This document shows positions 27,243 through 40,105 of a stretch of DNA of 64,000 nt, piece after piece. The position numbers and the translations under genes were made by a program. The notes beneath the pieces were generated by a model, which saw nothing but the letters and a program-made list of their open reading frames with translations, did no database searches and was not told the origin of the DNA. This DNA is from Macrostomum lignano. Lineage: Eukaryota. The stretch covers positions 1 through 64,000 of the forward strand of contig NIVC01000213.1 of NCBI GenBank assembly GCA_002269645.1, written 5' to 3'. The stretch's first letter is position 1. Every line of letters starts with the position of its first letter.

Positions 27243-29005
27243 GGGTCTATGAAATTTGCTAGCAAGAAATTTGCTTGCCAAAATCTGCTAGCCAAAGTTT
27301 GCTAGCCAAAATGTGCTAGCCGAAATCTGCTAGCCGAAGTTTGCTAGCCAAAATGTGCTAGCCAAAATGTGCTAGCCAAAATCTGCTAGCCGAAATGTGC
27401 TAGCCAAAATGTGCTAGCCAAAGTTTGCTAGCCAAAGTTTGCTAGCCAAAATGTGCTAGCCGAAATCTGCTAGCTGAAGTTTGCTAGCAGGAATTTTGCT
27501 AGCAAGGATTTTGCTAGCCAAAATCTGCTAATGATAATCTAACCAAAACCAGCAAACAGCAATTTACGAATTTGTAATTTGCTAGAGACATTTTTTCTTG
27601 TCCAATTTGGCAAGAAACTTTGCAGGACTTATCAAGCAGGACAAATAAATTTGCATTTTTCACTCTAATGACTCTCTTTGTCGTGCTAATTAGCAGTGAT
27701 CTGCTAATTGCAATATATAATAATAATTGCAGCCTGCATTGTTGTATCGTAATATAATGCAATTAAAAATTACTAAATCAGAAATTTCTTTGTAGCTAGC
27801 ATTCATATGACAAGAATCTGAATGTAATTTATATACAAAATGTGCTTGTTAATTCTATTCTTCTTAACACCTTTCAAAATGTGGCTACTTTGGTCAAGAT
27901 AAATTACCAATTTTCTTTTTTTGAGTGTTTAGAAAGAGGCCGATTGTGGGCTAAAAAAAAATTATAAGTGTGCATAACAGTGCAATCATAAAATGTAGAC
28001 ATTTTGGCTTTTTACAGCAATTATTTATCAGATATGGTTTTTAGTTATAAAAAGATTTAGGATTTTTAACCACTTCTCTTGACTATAGGCCTGGAAACAA
28101 GTCAATCTATTGACATGGGTTGCAAAAAATCATTTGCACTTTGATATTTGACATTTGATAATGTTTTAGCATTATCAGCTGTAAGGCCATAGTTCAGGTA
28201 GCTCAGGCAGCTGTAGTTCAGGTAGTTAAATTTAAACTTATCTATATACACACAACTTTCAGTCTTAATGGCTGGTAGTGGCAGTATATAAGTATATGGC
28301 AGTATATGGTATATAAGTTATATATTTACTCGTACGAATCAAAGCAGCTCAAATCGGAATCAAAACACAGCAAATAACATGCAACAGCTACGAGAGCAAG
28401 GCAGCTAGCAAAATTCCTGCTAGCAGATTTCGGCTAGCAAAATCCTCGCTAGCAAAATTCCTGCTAGCAGATTTCGGCTAGCAAAATCCTCGCTAGCAAA
28501 ATTCCTGCTAGCAAACTTCGGCTAGCAGATTTCGGCTAGCGGATTTCGGCTAGCAAACTTCGGCTAGCAGATTTCGTCTAGCAAATTTCGACTAGCAGAT
28601 TTCGTCTAGCAAACTTCGGCTAGCAGATTTCGGCTAGCGGATTTCGGCTAGCAAACTTCGGCTAGCAGATTTCGTCTAGCAAATTTCGGCTAGCAGATTT
28701 CGGCTAGCAGATTTCGTCTAGCAAATTTCGGCTAGCAGATTTCGGCTGGCAAACTTCGGCTAGCAGATTTCGTCTAGCAAATTTCGTCTAGCAAATTTCG
28801 GCTAGCACATTTCGGCTAGCACATTTCGGCTAGCACATTTCGGCAAGCACATTTCGGCTAGCACATTTCGGCTAGCACATTTCGGCTAGCACATTTCGGC
28901 TAGCACATTTCGGCTCGCAAACTTCGGCTAGCAGATTTCGGCAAGCAAATTTCTCGCTAGCAAACTTCGGCTAGCAGATTTCCTGCTAGCAGATCTCGTA
29001 CTCCC
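27243..29005. mobile_element. Foldback/MULE-like non-autonomous element with TIRs made of 14-bp GCTAGC tandem units
   Basis: The left arm 27243-27531 (gctagccaaaatct type) and right arm 28404-29005 (gctagcagatttcg type) are reverse complements, including shared variant units at both ends. Termini are GGG...CCC (16/21 match). An 8-bp direct repeat AAGAAAAA flanks both sides (27235-27242 and 29006-29013). No long ORF in the spacer. Confidence 0.8.
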
Positions 29006-29379
29006 AAGAAAAAAGTAGTTCAAATACTATATAACACAATACTATATGGCACATTATGAGCAGTTTTGAAATGCTCAAATTTTAATAGGGACATGTTTGG
29101 TATTGCTCTGGAATTTTATGCTTCAATAAAACAATCGTGAAGAAGACTGTACCCTGTAGGTAAAATTTTAAATTATTTAAACAATCTTGCTGTCTATAAT
29201 AGTGAATATAATCTGACAATTTATAAGTTAACAGTTTTATAGATGTATTGTATAGTTGATGAAAGTTACATAAGTCGTATTTCCATTTCTAAATAGAATT
29301 AAAAAGAACTTTTATAACTAAATTTAGTAAATTTATTAGTGGATAGCAGTATAAAATTATATGGATATCGCATGCCGTC

Positions 29380-30489
29380 ATGGGCGCCTACAAGTTCATC
29401 TCGGAGCTGTACCGCAAGAAGCAATCCGATGTGATGCGCTTCATCCTTCGCCTGCGCTGCTGGCACCTGCGCCAGAGGCACGTGATCCACCGGGCCACCA
29501 AGCCCACCCGGCCGGATAGGGCCCGCCGCCTCGGCTACAAAGCCAAGCAGGGCTTCGTCATCTACCGGATCCGCATCCGCCGCGGCGGTCGCAAGCGCCC
29601 GGTGCCCAAGGGTGCCACCTACGGCAAGCCGGTGCACGAGGGCGTCAACCAGTTGAAGAACCAGCGCAGTCATCAGGCTATCGCCGAGGTTTGAGCCTGT
29701 CTATTTTATTATTTAATGCACCATTCCTGTAACAAACTTACTGCTTTTCATGCTTTTTGCTTTGGAATTTTAGCTAGAATTCTGACGTGCACGGCGGGCC
29801 GTCGCCCTCTCAGATTCTCAGTTGCTGGGCCAACCTCCCAGATCCTCAGTTTCTGTACCAGCCTCCCAGATCCTCAGTTGCTGGGCCAACCTCCCAGATC
29901 CTCAGTTGCTGGGCTAACCTCCCAGATCCTCAGTTGCTGGGCCAGCCTCTCAGATCCTCAGTTGCTGGGCCAGCCTCTCAGATCCTCAGTTGCTGGGCCA
30001 GCCTCCTAAATTCGATCAATTTCCGTTATTCCAATGTGTCCTCAACCCAGATCCACCAAAACCATTTTAGTTTTTTTCCAGATCATCAGATTGAACTAAG
30101 AGTATTACGAGCTAAATGCTGACATAGAAACAACTGACAGTAAATATCCCTGCCACTGCATTCGAATTCCCCCTTATAACCAGGAGCGAATCGGCCGCAA
30201 AATCGGCGCCCTCCGCGTGCTGGGCTCCTACTGGATTGCGCAGGACTCCACGTACAAGTTCTACGAGGTGATCCTGGTCGACCCCAACCACAAGGCCATC
30301 AGGCGCGACCCCCGCATCAACTGGATCTGCACCGCCAAGCACAAGCACAGGGAGATGCGCGGCCTGACCAGCTCGTCTAAAAAGAGCCGCGGCCTGGGCA
30401 AGGGCCACCGGTTCCACCAGACCATCGGCGGTAGTCGGCACGCCTTCTGGCGCAAGAACAACTTCCTGAGGATGCGCAGGAAGCGCTAA
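29380..30489 (+). CDS. RPL15: 60S ribosomal protein L15 (eL15), 204 aa
   Basis: Exon 29380-29688 ([21 protein letters not shown]...[17 protein letters not shown]...), GT-AG intron 29689-30183, exon 30184-30489 ([34 protein letters not shown]...[12 protein letters not shown]...). The frame is continuous across a phase-0 junction. Confidence 0.99.
29809..30007. repeat. 28-bp minisatellite, about 7 copies, in the RPL15 intron
   Basis: Unit cagatcctcagttgctgggccaacctcc. Confidence 0.9.
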
Positions 30490-31160
30490 AGAGATTTGCC
30501 GTCTCCCGAGGTTCGATGGCTTTAGCTGGATATTGACTGACGATTGCAGATTGCGTGTCCAGTTTGACTTAGCCTCGCAATAGAAGGCTTTCGTTTAGAT
30601 ATCTGTCTGTTGCTGCCGACAGTATAGCTTGCAAATAAATGCTGATTGATTTGTTCGGTCAAAGACTGACGGCTGTAGGCTTTGAATGGAATAAAAAATT
30701 ATATTGCACTGATATTTTGCACTTCTTACTTTTATTTTTCTTTGCATTGATCTGGGACTGATTTGAGAATGACTGACTGAGTAACTCAATGACCTGACTG
30801 TATGAGTGAATAAATAAAGGACTGATTGAGTCGGACAACTAGTTTTTAATGACACAATGGTCCAAATCTTTGTCACATTGTTCTGCGGTATTATTTGACA
30901 ATAGTATGTTATTGTAGTTATTGAAAAATAAGCAAAATCCTAATTATCGTTTGAGTGCCTTAGTTTCAATGTACAGTATTTCAGTATTTACTGGCACAAA
31001 TCTTGATATCAAATGAACATTATAATGCGCAATCATCAGTCAAAACAGCAAGAATGGTAAATTCACTGAATTCCTAAAGTGTGAACCATGATACGAGCGT
31101 GTGTTTTTCATCAGGGATAATACGTGAATAATTATCCACTAAAACCACTCCTCGAGTTTG

Positions 31161-31352
31161 CCTTTCAAACCCTCTAAAAAGTCACTTCTGCCTCTAAACC
31201 CTCCGGAAAGTCGCCTCTAACCCTCAAGAAAGTGGCCTCTAAACCCTCAAGAAAGGGACCTCTAAACCCTCTAGAAAGTGGCCTCTAAACCCTCAAGAAA
31301 GGGACCTCTAAACCCTCCGGAAAGTGGCCTCTTAAACCCCCGAGAAAGTGGC
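31161..31352. repeat. ~23-bp minisatellite between RPL15 and the LRRC63-like gene
   Basis: Unit cctctaaaccctcaagaaagtgg. Confidence 0.85.
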
Positions 31353-31496
31353 ATCCTGCTCCTTGAAAGATTCGTCAGTGAAAGTATTCACAGAAGTGTC
31401 CCTGAATCAGTGAATTAAACTTCGACAAAGCTTTAGTAGGGATATACTCGTACTTCAGTATGAGCGTAGTGAATCTCTAATCAGCTAGCTTTTCTG

Positions 31497-34400
31497 CTAC
31501 TCGTTCTCGTTGACCTCTTCGATGTTACCGTCCGGCGGTGTTGGCGTTGGCACCGGCGTCGGAGTGTCGGGCCTGTAGAGCCGTTCTGCGAGGCCCTCGG
31601 AGCTGTCGCTGCGCAGGAAGACGCTGCGGCAGTGCGGCGAGCAGGCGGTAAACAACAGCGGCAGGTAGCGCACGCCGAACAGCTTCTTGGCCGGCCGGAT
31701 CAGCCGCAGTCCGGGCCCGAACTTCGGCCCGCCGCAGCACTCGCACGTGGCCAATCTGCACGGTGAGGGGAAGCGTGCGCCGGTTTCCCAAATACGGACG
31801 CGGGGCTCTTTTGTGCAAAGGAAAGTACGCTTCCTATGTATTTGATGACACCCTTGGGCATGTTGGAAACTGTCCAAAGTGAACATCAGACAGATCTTCA
31901 TGAACCCAACTAATTATTCTCCGAGGTAAAGTGCTTGTAAAATTCCTTCGTTCACGGTCCTGTCCTAAAGCGACCTTCGATCTCTCTGTCATGTCCTCAA
32001 ATGACCTTCGATCTCTGTGCTGTCCTTAAATGACCTTTGATCTCTGTTCTGTCCTTAAGGGACCCTCGATCTCTGTCCTTAAATGAACTCCCACTGCTTT
32101 ACGTTGGCAAAAAACTTAGAATGAGACCATTTTTCTCGCATTCTCCACCCAGACTTGAACTCACTGGTCCACAAGAATTTGTCGAATCTCTTCAGCCACT
32201 CGAGGTGCTCTCTGACCAGCATCCGATTCTCCGACTGTCTGCAGATCGAATCTTCTGTTCAGTCCGGAGTGGTAGAATGTCAGTGCGGCCAAGTCTTGTA
32301 GTTGCTGCGGAAATTATAATTAGACAGGCGACACATCTGGAGACTGTGGTGACTCATCTAGAGACTGTGGTAACTCATCTACAGACTGTGGCGATTCATC
32401 TACAGACTGGCGACTCATCTAGAGTGTGTGGTGACTCATCTAGAGACTGTCGACCCATCTAGATAAGAGACTGTGGCGACTCATCTACAGACTGTGACGA
32501 CTCATCTACAGACTGTGGCGACTCATCTGACAGACTGTGGTGACTCATCTGACAGACTGTGGCGACTCATCTAGAGACTGTGGCGACTCATCTAGCTCGT
32601 AGAGACTGGTGACTCATCTGACAGACTGTGGCGACTCATCTACAGACTGTGGCGACTCATCTGACAGACTGTGGTGACTCATCTGACAGACTGTGGCGAC
32701 TCATCTAGAGACTGTGGCGACTTATCTAGCTCGTAGAGACTGGCGACTCATCTACAGACTGGCGACTCATCTGACAGACTGCGGCGACTCATCTACAGAC
32801 CGTGTCGACTCATCTAGAGACGGTGGCGACTCATCTAGAGACTGTAGTGACTCATCTAGAGACTGTCGACCCATCTAGAGAAGAGACTGTGGCGACTAAT
32901 CTACAGACCGTGTCGACTCATCTAGAGATGGTGGCGACTCTAGAGGCTGTGGTGACTTATCTAAGAGACTGTAGTGACTCATCTAGAGACTGTGGCGACT
33001 CTTCTAGAGACAGCAACTATTTATGATATAGCTCCAAATTTTTCAGAGATTCAAATCTAAAAATGGACCACAAGACTGTGGTACAGTACCCCTATAAGAG
33101 CGCAGCATGCAGGAAGCACGCAAAATTCCAGATTCGAACGTCCGTCCTACACGCATATTCTCACCTGCGGCTGGCTCAAACTGTTCTCAGCCCAGAGGAA
33201 CGGATGCAGGAAATTGTTACGAACTTTGATTCGCTTTAACCGCATGGCCAGCATTGTGTTGGGCAGGCTGGTCAGCTCGTTGCCCTCCACGTTCAGGTAG
33301 GTCAGGTTGCTGAGAATAGGCAGCGTTAGAATTATTCATTGCTTTAGCGATACTGTAGCGATCCTCTCAACTCAGTAGCATTGTCACTCACCCTTACAGC
33401 CTATTGGCTCAAGCATTTATCTGCCATTCCACGCAAACTCCGCGCCCCTGGTCGCATCTCTTACCCCCCCCCCTCATGGCTGCTTTTTTCTTTATTTGCT
33501 ACTGATTTAATAGTCAGGTGAAGAGAAAAGTAATGTAATTATTTACCGCAGTCCTTTGATCTCCCGGTGTAAGAAAGAGATTTTGTTGTAGGATACGTCC
33601 AGAATTCTCAGCTTCTTCAACTTGTAGAGGCTGAAATAGTACCAAGAAGTGTCAGAGGTGAAATCTTATAGCTCGTTAGTCATCAGTTATACACACTTTA
33701 GCAAATGCTTTGAGCAGGCAGGGGTCGGCCAACTCCGGCCCGCGGGCCACATGCGGCCCGTCAAGCCTCTCTATCCGGCCCTCGGGTCCTTTGAATCTTC
33801 ACAATAGCAATCTGGCCCGCTCAAGGTTTGTGTCTCTTCTCTCCCCTCTCCTCTCTCCCCTCTTCTCCCTCTCTTCTCTCTCCCCTCTCTCCTCTCTCTC
33901 CTCTTCCCTTCTTCTCTTCCCTCTCTCCTTTCTCCCATCTTCTCTTCTTCTCTCCCCTCTCCTCTCTCCTCTCTCCCCTCTTCTCCCTCTCTTCTCTCTC
34001 CTCTCTCTCCCCTCTCTCCTCTCTCTCCTCTCTCCCCTCTTCCCTTCTTCTCTTCCCTCTTCTCTCTACCCTCTTCACTTCTTCTCTTCCTACTCTCCTC
34101 TCCTCTCTCTTTCCCTTCTCTCGTCTCTTCCCTCTTTTCTCCTCTTGTCTTCTTTCTTATCTCTTCTCTCTCTCTCGTCTCATCTTCTATTCCCTCTCCT
34201 TTCTTTCCTCTCTCAACTAGCCCGCAGCCATGAGCTGGGTTCTTCATTTGGCTCTTGAGGAAAAAAGTTTGCCGACCCCTGGTGTAGGGGCTGGAGGACC
34301 ACTCCAGTATCTCGGTAGTACTTTAGTGGAACCTTCGGTCGCCTAAAGTAGTACCTTATTGATACATCCAGAACCTATCCTATAGTAACCGTATTGGCAC

Positions 34401-36466
34401 TTCCAACACCATAGTACTTCTGTTGGGGCTTCCAGACACTCACCTGACAGGAATGGTAGTGATGAGGCAAAAGGACACAACCAGACTCTCCAGCTGGGTG
34501 AGCAGCTCAATGTCGCTAGAAAGAATCGACAGGGGGTTGCTGCGCAGCTTCAAAATTTGCAACGACGGTAGCTGAAAAATCGCCGGCGGAATCTCCTGCA
34601 AAATCAGTTTTTTCAGGTGATCGATTAATTAAATGGTTCATATTCAAGATGACACTCGAGAAACAGGAGGCAATCAGACAAGCCTATCTCACTGATTCTT
34701 AAGCACGCAAACGCACACGGATGTTATACATGCGCCAACACATGATCACGGATGCTATACATGTGCCAACACATGATCACGGATGTTCTACATGTGCCAA
34801 CACATGATCACGGATGTTCTGGATGTGCTAACACATGATCACGGATGCTATACATGTGCCAACACATGATCACGGATGTTCTACATGTGCCAACACATGA
34901 TCACGGATGTTCTACATGTACCAACACATGATCACGGATGCTATGCATGTACCAACACATGATCACGGATGTTCTACATGTGCCAACACATGATCACGGA
35001 TGTTCTACATGTGCCAACACATGATCACGGATGCTATACATTTACCAACACATGATCACGGATGTTCTGGATATGCCAACACATGATCACGGATGCTATG
35101 CATGTACCAACACATGATCACGGATGCTATACATGTACCAGCACATGCTCACACACACCAACAGATGCAAACGTATTAACGCTTAATAATTAATGAACTT
35201 TCAACTTTTAAAGCTTACGCCTACTAACAGTAGTCTAAATTGACCCGATAACATCTTGTGTTATGCACAAACCTTGAAGTCATTGTAGGACAAGTTGACG
35301 TAAGTGAGAGTGTGCCGCAGCACTGACACGTCCGGCAGGGCTGAGATGAAGTTGGCCTTGAGGCTGAGAGCGATTCCACCGGTCAGCATGCAGTCCAGGA
35401 CGCAGATCTCGGCTGGGGATATCTGATTCTCGTCGTATGCTGGAGTGTGGCAGAGTTTGGAGACTTGTAGTTACTGATAGATTTATATTGGGTAGATAAC
35501 ATATAGATAAATCATAGATAGATCACAGATAGATCATAGACGGATCATAGGTAAATCTATAGTTATAAAGATGTATAGCTTCTATTAAAATAGATAGATC
35601 ATAGATCATAGCTTTATATACTTGTACTTAAGTAATGTTCACACATAGCTGCATAAAATAATACACAAAACAAAACCAGCTTAGTTGTCTGGCACAGAAA
35701 TCCAATGCATGTCAACAAAAATAAGAAGCCGCTTGTAAAACAAATAAACTTCAATAAAGTACATTGCGATAAAAATAAAGAAACAGTTTACTGTGGCGTT
35801 TCTGGCCTTCATGGGGTTAAAACGTTGTAAAGTCATCAAAGGTTATCAGGTCATCGGGACATAAGGGTCATCAGTTTATCGGGTCAAAGGGTCATCAGGC
35901 CATTAGGGTCCTCAGGTCATCAGGTAGTAGGGTCATCGGGTCATAGAGTCTTCAGGTCATAGGGTCTTTAGGCCATACCGTCATCAAGTCATAAAGCCAT
36001 CAGGTCATCGGGCCATATGGTCATACAATGGGTCATGAGTAGGCTGGTCTTTAGCTTCCGGAAAGAGCTGGGACATTCGCGATCTTACTGGGCCTCTGCT
36101 CAGCCTCGTCCTCAGCTTCCGCGCTGTCGCTGGCGTGCTCCAGCTGGCCATTCAGCGGCCAGTAGGAGGCGCTGCCCGCGCCAGCGCGAGCCGTCTGCGT
36201 CGGCGTTGAAGCGGGCGCCGCCGAGTCGACTTTTGGCATCTGACGGCGCCGCTGCCGCTGCCGGTTGGCCAGCTGTTGCGAGGGCGGGTTCGGGGGCGGG
36301 GGCGGGGATGGGGGCGGAGCGAAGGGCGGATCGAGGGGTGGTTCGAGGGTCGGATCGCGGGGCGGAGTTCGGGCCGAAGGCGGAGACGTCCGGGCATCGG
36401 ACGACGGCAGCGGCAGCGAATCTGCAGTCCAGGTCTGCACCAAAGTTGGATGCGGACGCATGGCGT
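31497..36466 (-). CDS. LRRC63: LRRC63-like leucine-rich-repeat protein, core 7 exons
   Basis: Exons 36466(or ATG 36461)-36089, 35439-35273, 34595-34444, 33630-33547, 33309-33165, 32304-32165, 31755-31497. All introns are GT-AG with consistent phases. LRRs: LSLKANFISALPDVSVLRHTLTYVNLSYNDF, LQILKLRSNPL, LRILDVSYNKI, LTYLNVEGNELTSLP...NNFLHPFLW. The C-terminus CECCGGPKFGPGLRLIR...LPLLFTACSPHC resembles the LRRC63 tail as recalled. Confidence 0.88.
31955..32085. repeat. ~30-bp degenerate minisatellite (LRRC63-like intron)
   Basis: Recurring ccttaaatgaccttcgatctctgt. Confidence 0.7.
32325..33015. repeat. 21-22-bp minisatellite (LRRC63-like intron)
   Basis: Unit gactcatctagagactgtggc with variants. 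Confidence 0.9.
33719..34281. mobile_element. hAT-type MITE with a CT-rich low-complexity core, intronic
   Basis: Ends CAGGGGTCGGCCAACT and AGTTTGCCGACCCCTG (15/16 inverted match). The subterminal ggcccgcgggccacatgcggcccg is typical of Charlie/Buster-like hAT ends. An 8-bp TSD is not cleanly preserved (tgagcagg vs gtgtaggg). Confidence 0.8.
34730..35150. repeat. 31-bp minisatellite (LRRC63-like intron)
   Basis: Unit aacacatgatcacggatgttctacatgtgcc, about 13 copies. Confidence 0.93.
35840..36035. repeat. Degenerate short GGTCATC-type repeat (LRRC63-like intron)
   Basis: Repeated ggtcatc/ggtcata cores at irregular spacing. Confidence 0.6.
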
Positions 36467-37289
36467 CTTCAGGGTACAAATGAAGGTCGTGGTTAATCGA
36501 TCATTATAGCTAGAGGCAACCAGATACGCTTGTTTTAAACTAAATTCAGAAGTAACTTACAGGACAGCGGCTAGATGATTAAAAAATGTTTTGGTAAAAT
36601 TAGGAAATTGCAGCAATTCACGAAGTTCGGGGGAATACTAACCTTAAAGTACACTCAGAACATTGAAAACCACCACCCCAGACCCTGTGCGCCTAAGCGA
36701 GAGTTGGAAAACCTTGCGTCATTTGCAGTGTAGTGAGCTGAAGTCAATCGCTCTGCCAATGCTTTGGGATGGCGGTTTTCAATGTTGCTGAGAAAGTCCA
36801 GAAGTCAGCTTGGTTAACTGCCTATTGGCTTATTTAGCTCGTATATGCCTATCGTTTGCGCCATTCCACGCACACTGCGGCCTGTCGCTTCTCTAACCCC
36901 CTATTTTATTGCCCCCAATCGCTAGCCTCCTGGCTGGGAGAGGGTTAAGCTGCCATGTACATTCTATGTGACGCTGACCAATGTACATTGCTTTTGCACT
37001 GAATACGAAATGTGTCACGTGACTCTTTCTTTATAATATTTATCTGGCCAGCTGTCCACTTCCGTTGTAGAAAATAGCTACAATTTGCTTTACTCGCTAC
37101 TGAATAAAAGTAGGGTAAACGTTGCGAGGACCATGTAAAAATGAAAAGATGGCCCTGTATGTCCTACTGTTGAATGTTATCTTATGGTTAGTTATTAAAG
37201 CACAAAACGCCAGCATTGTACAATATGTTAATTAAAGTAAACAATACTGCTTTTTGGCACTTAGAAGTCGAATTGCATTGAACACTCAC

Positions 37290-40105
37290 TGAACGGAGAT
37301 GCGGACCGGGTGGCCTCGTGAAAGTGCTTCGGCATGGAGCCCGTTGTGAAGATCGTCTCCTTTGTTGGATGACCCGTGAGTCTGCGTGATGTTGGTTTAG
37401 GATGGGCGAATATAAAGTTCATATTTTTTAATGTGACGAATTCGTGGTAGCCGTTCGAAGGGTGGAAGGAGGGTCCCTGTCAGCTAGAAGAGCTTTTCTA
37501 ATTGACAGACTAGAACAGAGAATATTTTATTTTTTATATTATCACGTTTAGTTTAAATCTTATACAAGAACTCCGTGTTGGACTGGAATGGCCCCTGCTA
37601 GACTGGAACTCCTGTTAAACTGGAACCCCCCTGTTAGACTGGAATTCCCCCTGCTAGACTGGAATTCCGCTGCTAGACTGGAACTCCTGTTAGACTGGAA
37701 TCCCCCTGCTAGACTGGAATTCCCCTGCTAGACTGGAATCCCGCTGCTAGACTGGAATTCCCTTGCTGGACTGGAATCCCGCTGCTAGACTGGAATCCCC
37801 CTGCTAGACTGGAATCCCCCTGCTGGACTGAAAACCCCTGCTAGACTGGAATCCCGCTGCTAGACTGGAATCCCCCTGCTAGACTGGAATCCCCCTGTTA
37901 GACTGGAATCCCCCCGTTAGACTGCAACTCGCCCTGTTAGATTGGAATTTCCTAGACTGGAATTTCCAAATTAAACTGTCAGTCTAGACTGGAATCCCCC
38001 TGTGGAGACAGGAATTTCCCTGTTAGACAGGAATTCCCCTGTTAGACAGGAATTCCCTGTTAAACTGGAATTCCCTGTTAAACTGGAATTCCCCTGTTAG
38101 ACTGGAGTTCTCCCCTGTTGGACTGTAATGGCCCTTTTTAGACTGGAATTTCCCCTGTTAGACTGGAATTTCCCCTGCTAGACTGGAATTTCCCCTGTCA
38201 GACTGGAATTCCCCTGTCAGACTGGAATTTCCCCTGTTAGACTGGAATTTCCCCTGTTAGACTGGAATTTCCCCTGTTAGACTGGAATTTCCCCTGTTAG
38301 ACTGGAATTTTCCCTGTCAGACTGGAATTCCCCTGTCAGACTGGAATTTCCCCTGTCAGACTGGAATTCCCCTGTTAGACTAGAATTCCCCTGTTAGACT
38401 AGAATTCCCCTGTTATACTAGAATTCCCCAGTTATCATCAAATGCGCCGGTCAGCCGCACGCACCGGCCAGCAGCGACAATCCTGTCAATCTCTTGGGCC
38501 TTCTTCCCCTCGAACAGCACGATCTCTGAGTGAGGCGCCTCGCCCACTTTATAGCCAGGCGCAAATTTTGGCAGTCGACGAACTCGACATTCGACTTCAA
38601 AGTGCAGCGCCTCTCTGACGCGGTCTTTGATCAAAGCGGCCATCTCGTAGAGAGCCTGCGCATGCGGCACCCGCTGGGGAGCCTCCTCAGACATGGACTC
38701 TGCGGGAGGCGACAAACCGAGCGAGTGACTAGTTTATTTTAGTTTTTTCTAGATTCTATGCTTCACTTGAAAATATGTGACTGGATTGAGTAAACTTGGT
38801 GAAATTATTATTTACATATTTATCTTGTATTCCCCTAATATTTATTGTTACACAATATTTGGTTCATATTACAGTGATTTGTAAATATTTTCAGCATACC
38901 AATAGTGAAAAATATAATATACTAAAATTATGTTCAATGTAAATGCAGATTAAAAAAATCGCGCGCATACAAGCAAAAGAGTAGGAGATAAATGTTGATG
39001 CAAAAAATTAAGATGGCACCTTTTGTGAATTCTGAAGAATCTTTTCTTTCTTGGAAGCTAAAATAAAGTGTCAGAAATTTACTTTTAATAATATAAAATT
39101 ACTGAATATGTTTTTTTATTATTTCTGGGCTTTAAATTTCAAAATAAATTACTTACTCAATTAACTTAAACACAGGAGAGTTTTTATTTATTAATAGAGG
39201 TCAAATTTTCCTATAATTTAATGCTTGTAGTCGGTTTAATGGTAATTTGAATAATTATAATATGGCTACATATAAATCTAAAATCAATTCTGTTGTTTTA
39301 CAATGACATTTTGATGGAAACTCAGCATACCAAACCAGCAAAATGTATGTCTACTAAAATTGATCAACTTATTTACAACTACAACTTACAACTTATTACA
39401 ACTTATTGAACAACTTATTCAACTTAGTCACCAATATCAGCAAACTCATGACATACTTTCAAAAAGGAACTGAAAATTTTGAAAGGGTTACTCACCCATG
39501 GCATCCAAATCGACATCAACAAACGAAATCGTTGTGTTTTGTCCATTAAGCTTAGTTGCAACAAACTCAGTGATCTTTTTATAATTTGCACTTGAAAATA
39601 TGATCTGCTGGGCTTCCGAGACAGATATTTTATTTTCTTTTGCAATACCAATTATAAAGTCGTTAAGCGTGAAGAGCGGCGGCTTCGTGTATCTGACGTC
39701 TTCATCACTTCGAATAAAATCAGAATAGAATGGGAGTTGTCTTTTAGCTTCTCTAGGAGGTAGACCACCAGGACCTCTTGGTTTGTATGGCTTGAGAAGG
39801 TTTTTTCCGTAGACCCTGGAATGCGCGGTAGTCTGTCTAGAATTATACGCGCTATCTAAGACCCATTTCTTGTCTTCTTTTGAAAGAGGAAGCTGTCTAG
39901 CAACATCAGGACCCAACGGCGCCAATGATCCGCTTCTCTGAACGCTTGTGGGAGGCGTTTTTAAATTTTGAAAGTTTGTTGTTATCGGGCGTGAGAACTC
40001 TTCAGAAGGTTGCACCTTCTTTGCCGGTCTGGGGCGTCTCAGAAGAACTTTCTCTTCATCTTTATTTCCAGAACTATAATTACTTAAAACAACTGTTGGC
40101 TCCAT
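37290..40105 (-). CDS. Probable N-terminal exons of the LRRC63-like gene
   Basis: Exon 40107/40105-39496 (MEPTVVLSNY...DLDAM, donor G|GTGAGT) splices in phase 1 to exon 38699-about 38465 (ESMSEEAPQ...). An exon at about 37509/37476-37290 (...GYHEFVTLKNMNF...SPF, donor A|GTGAGT) splices in phase 1 to 36466. The junction between the second and third exons needs either a weak donor or one missing base. Confidence 0.55.
37578..38415. repeat. ~19-21-bp minisatellite (intronic)
   Basis: Unit tagactggaattcccctgt/c with variable homopolymer lengths. Confidence 0.93.

Noticed and set aside
29689-30183. Possible snoRNA in the RPL15 intron
   Set aside because: CTGA motifs are present, but there is no convincing box C with terminal stem or H/ACA hairpin pair.
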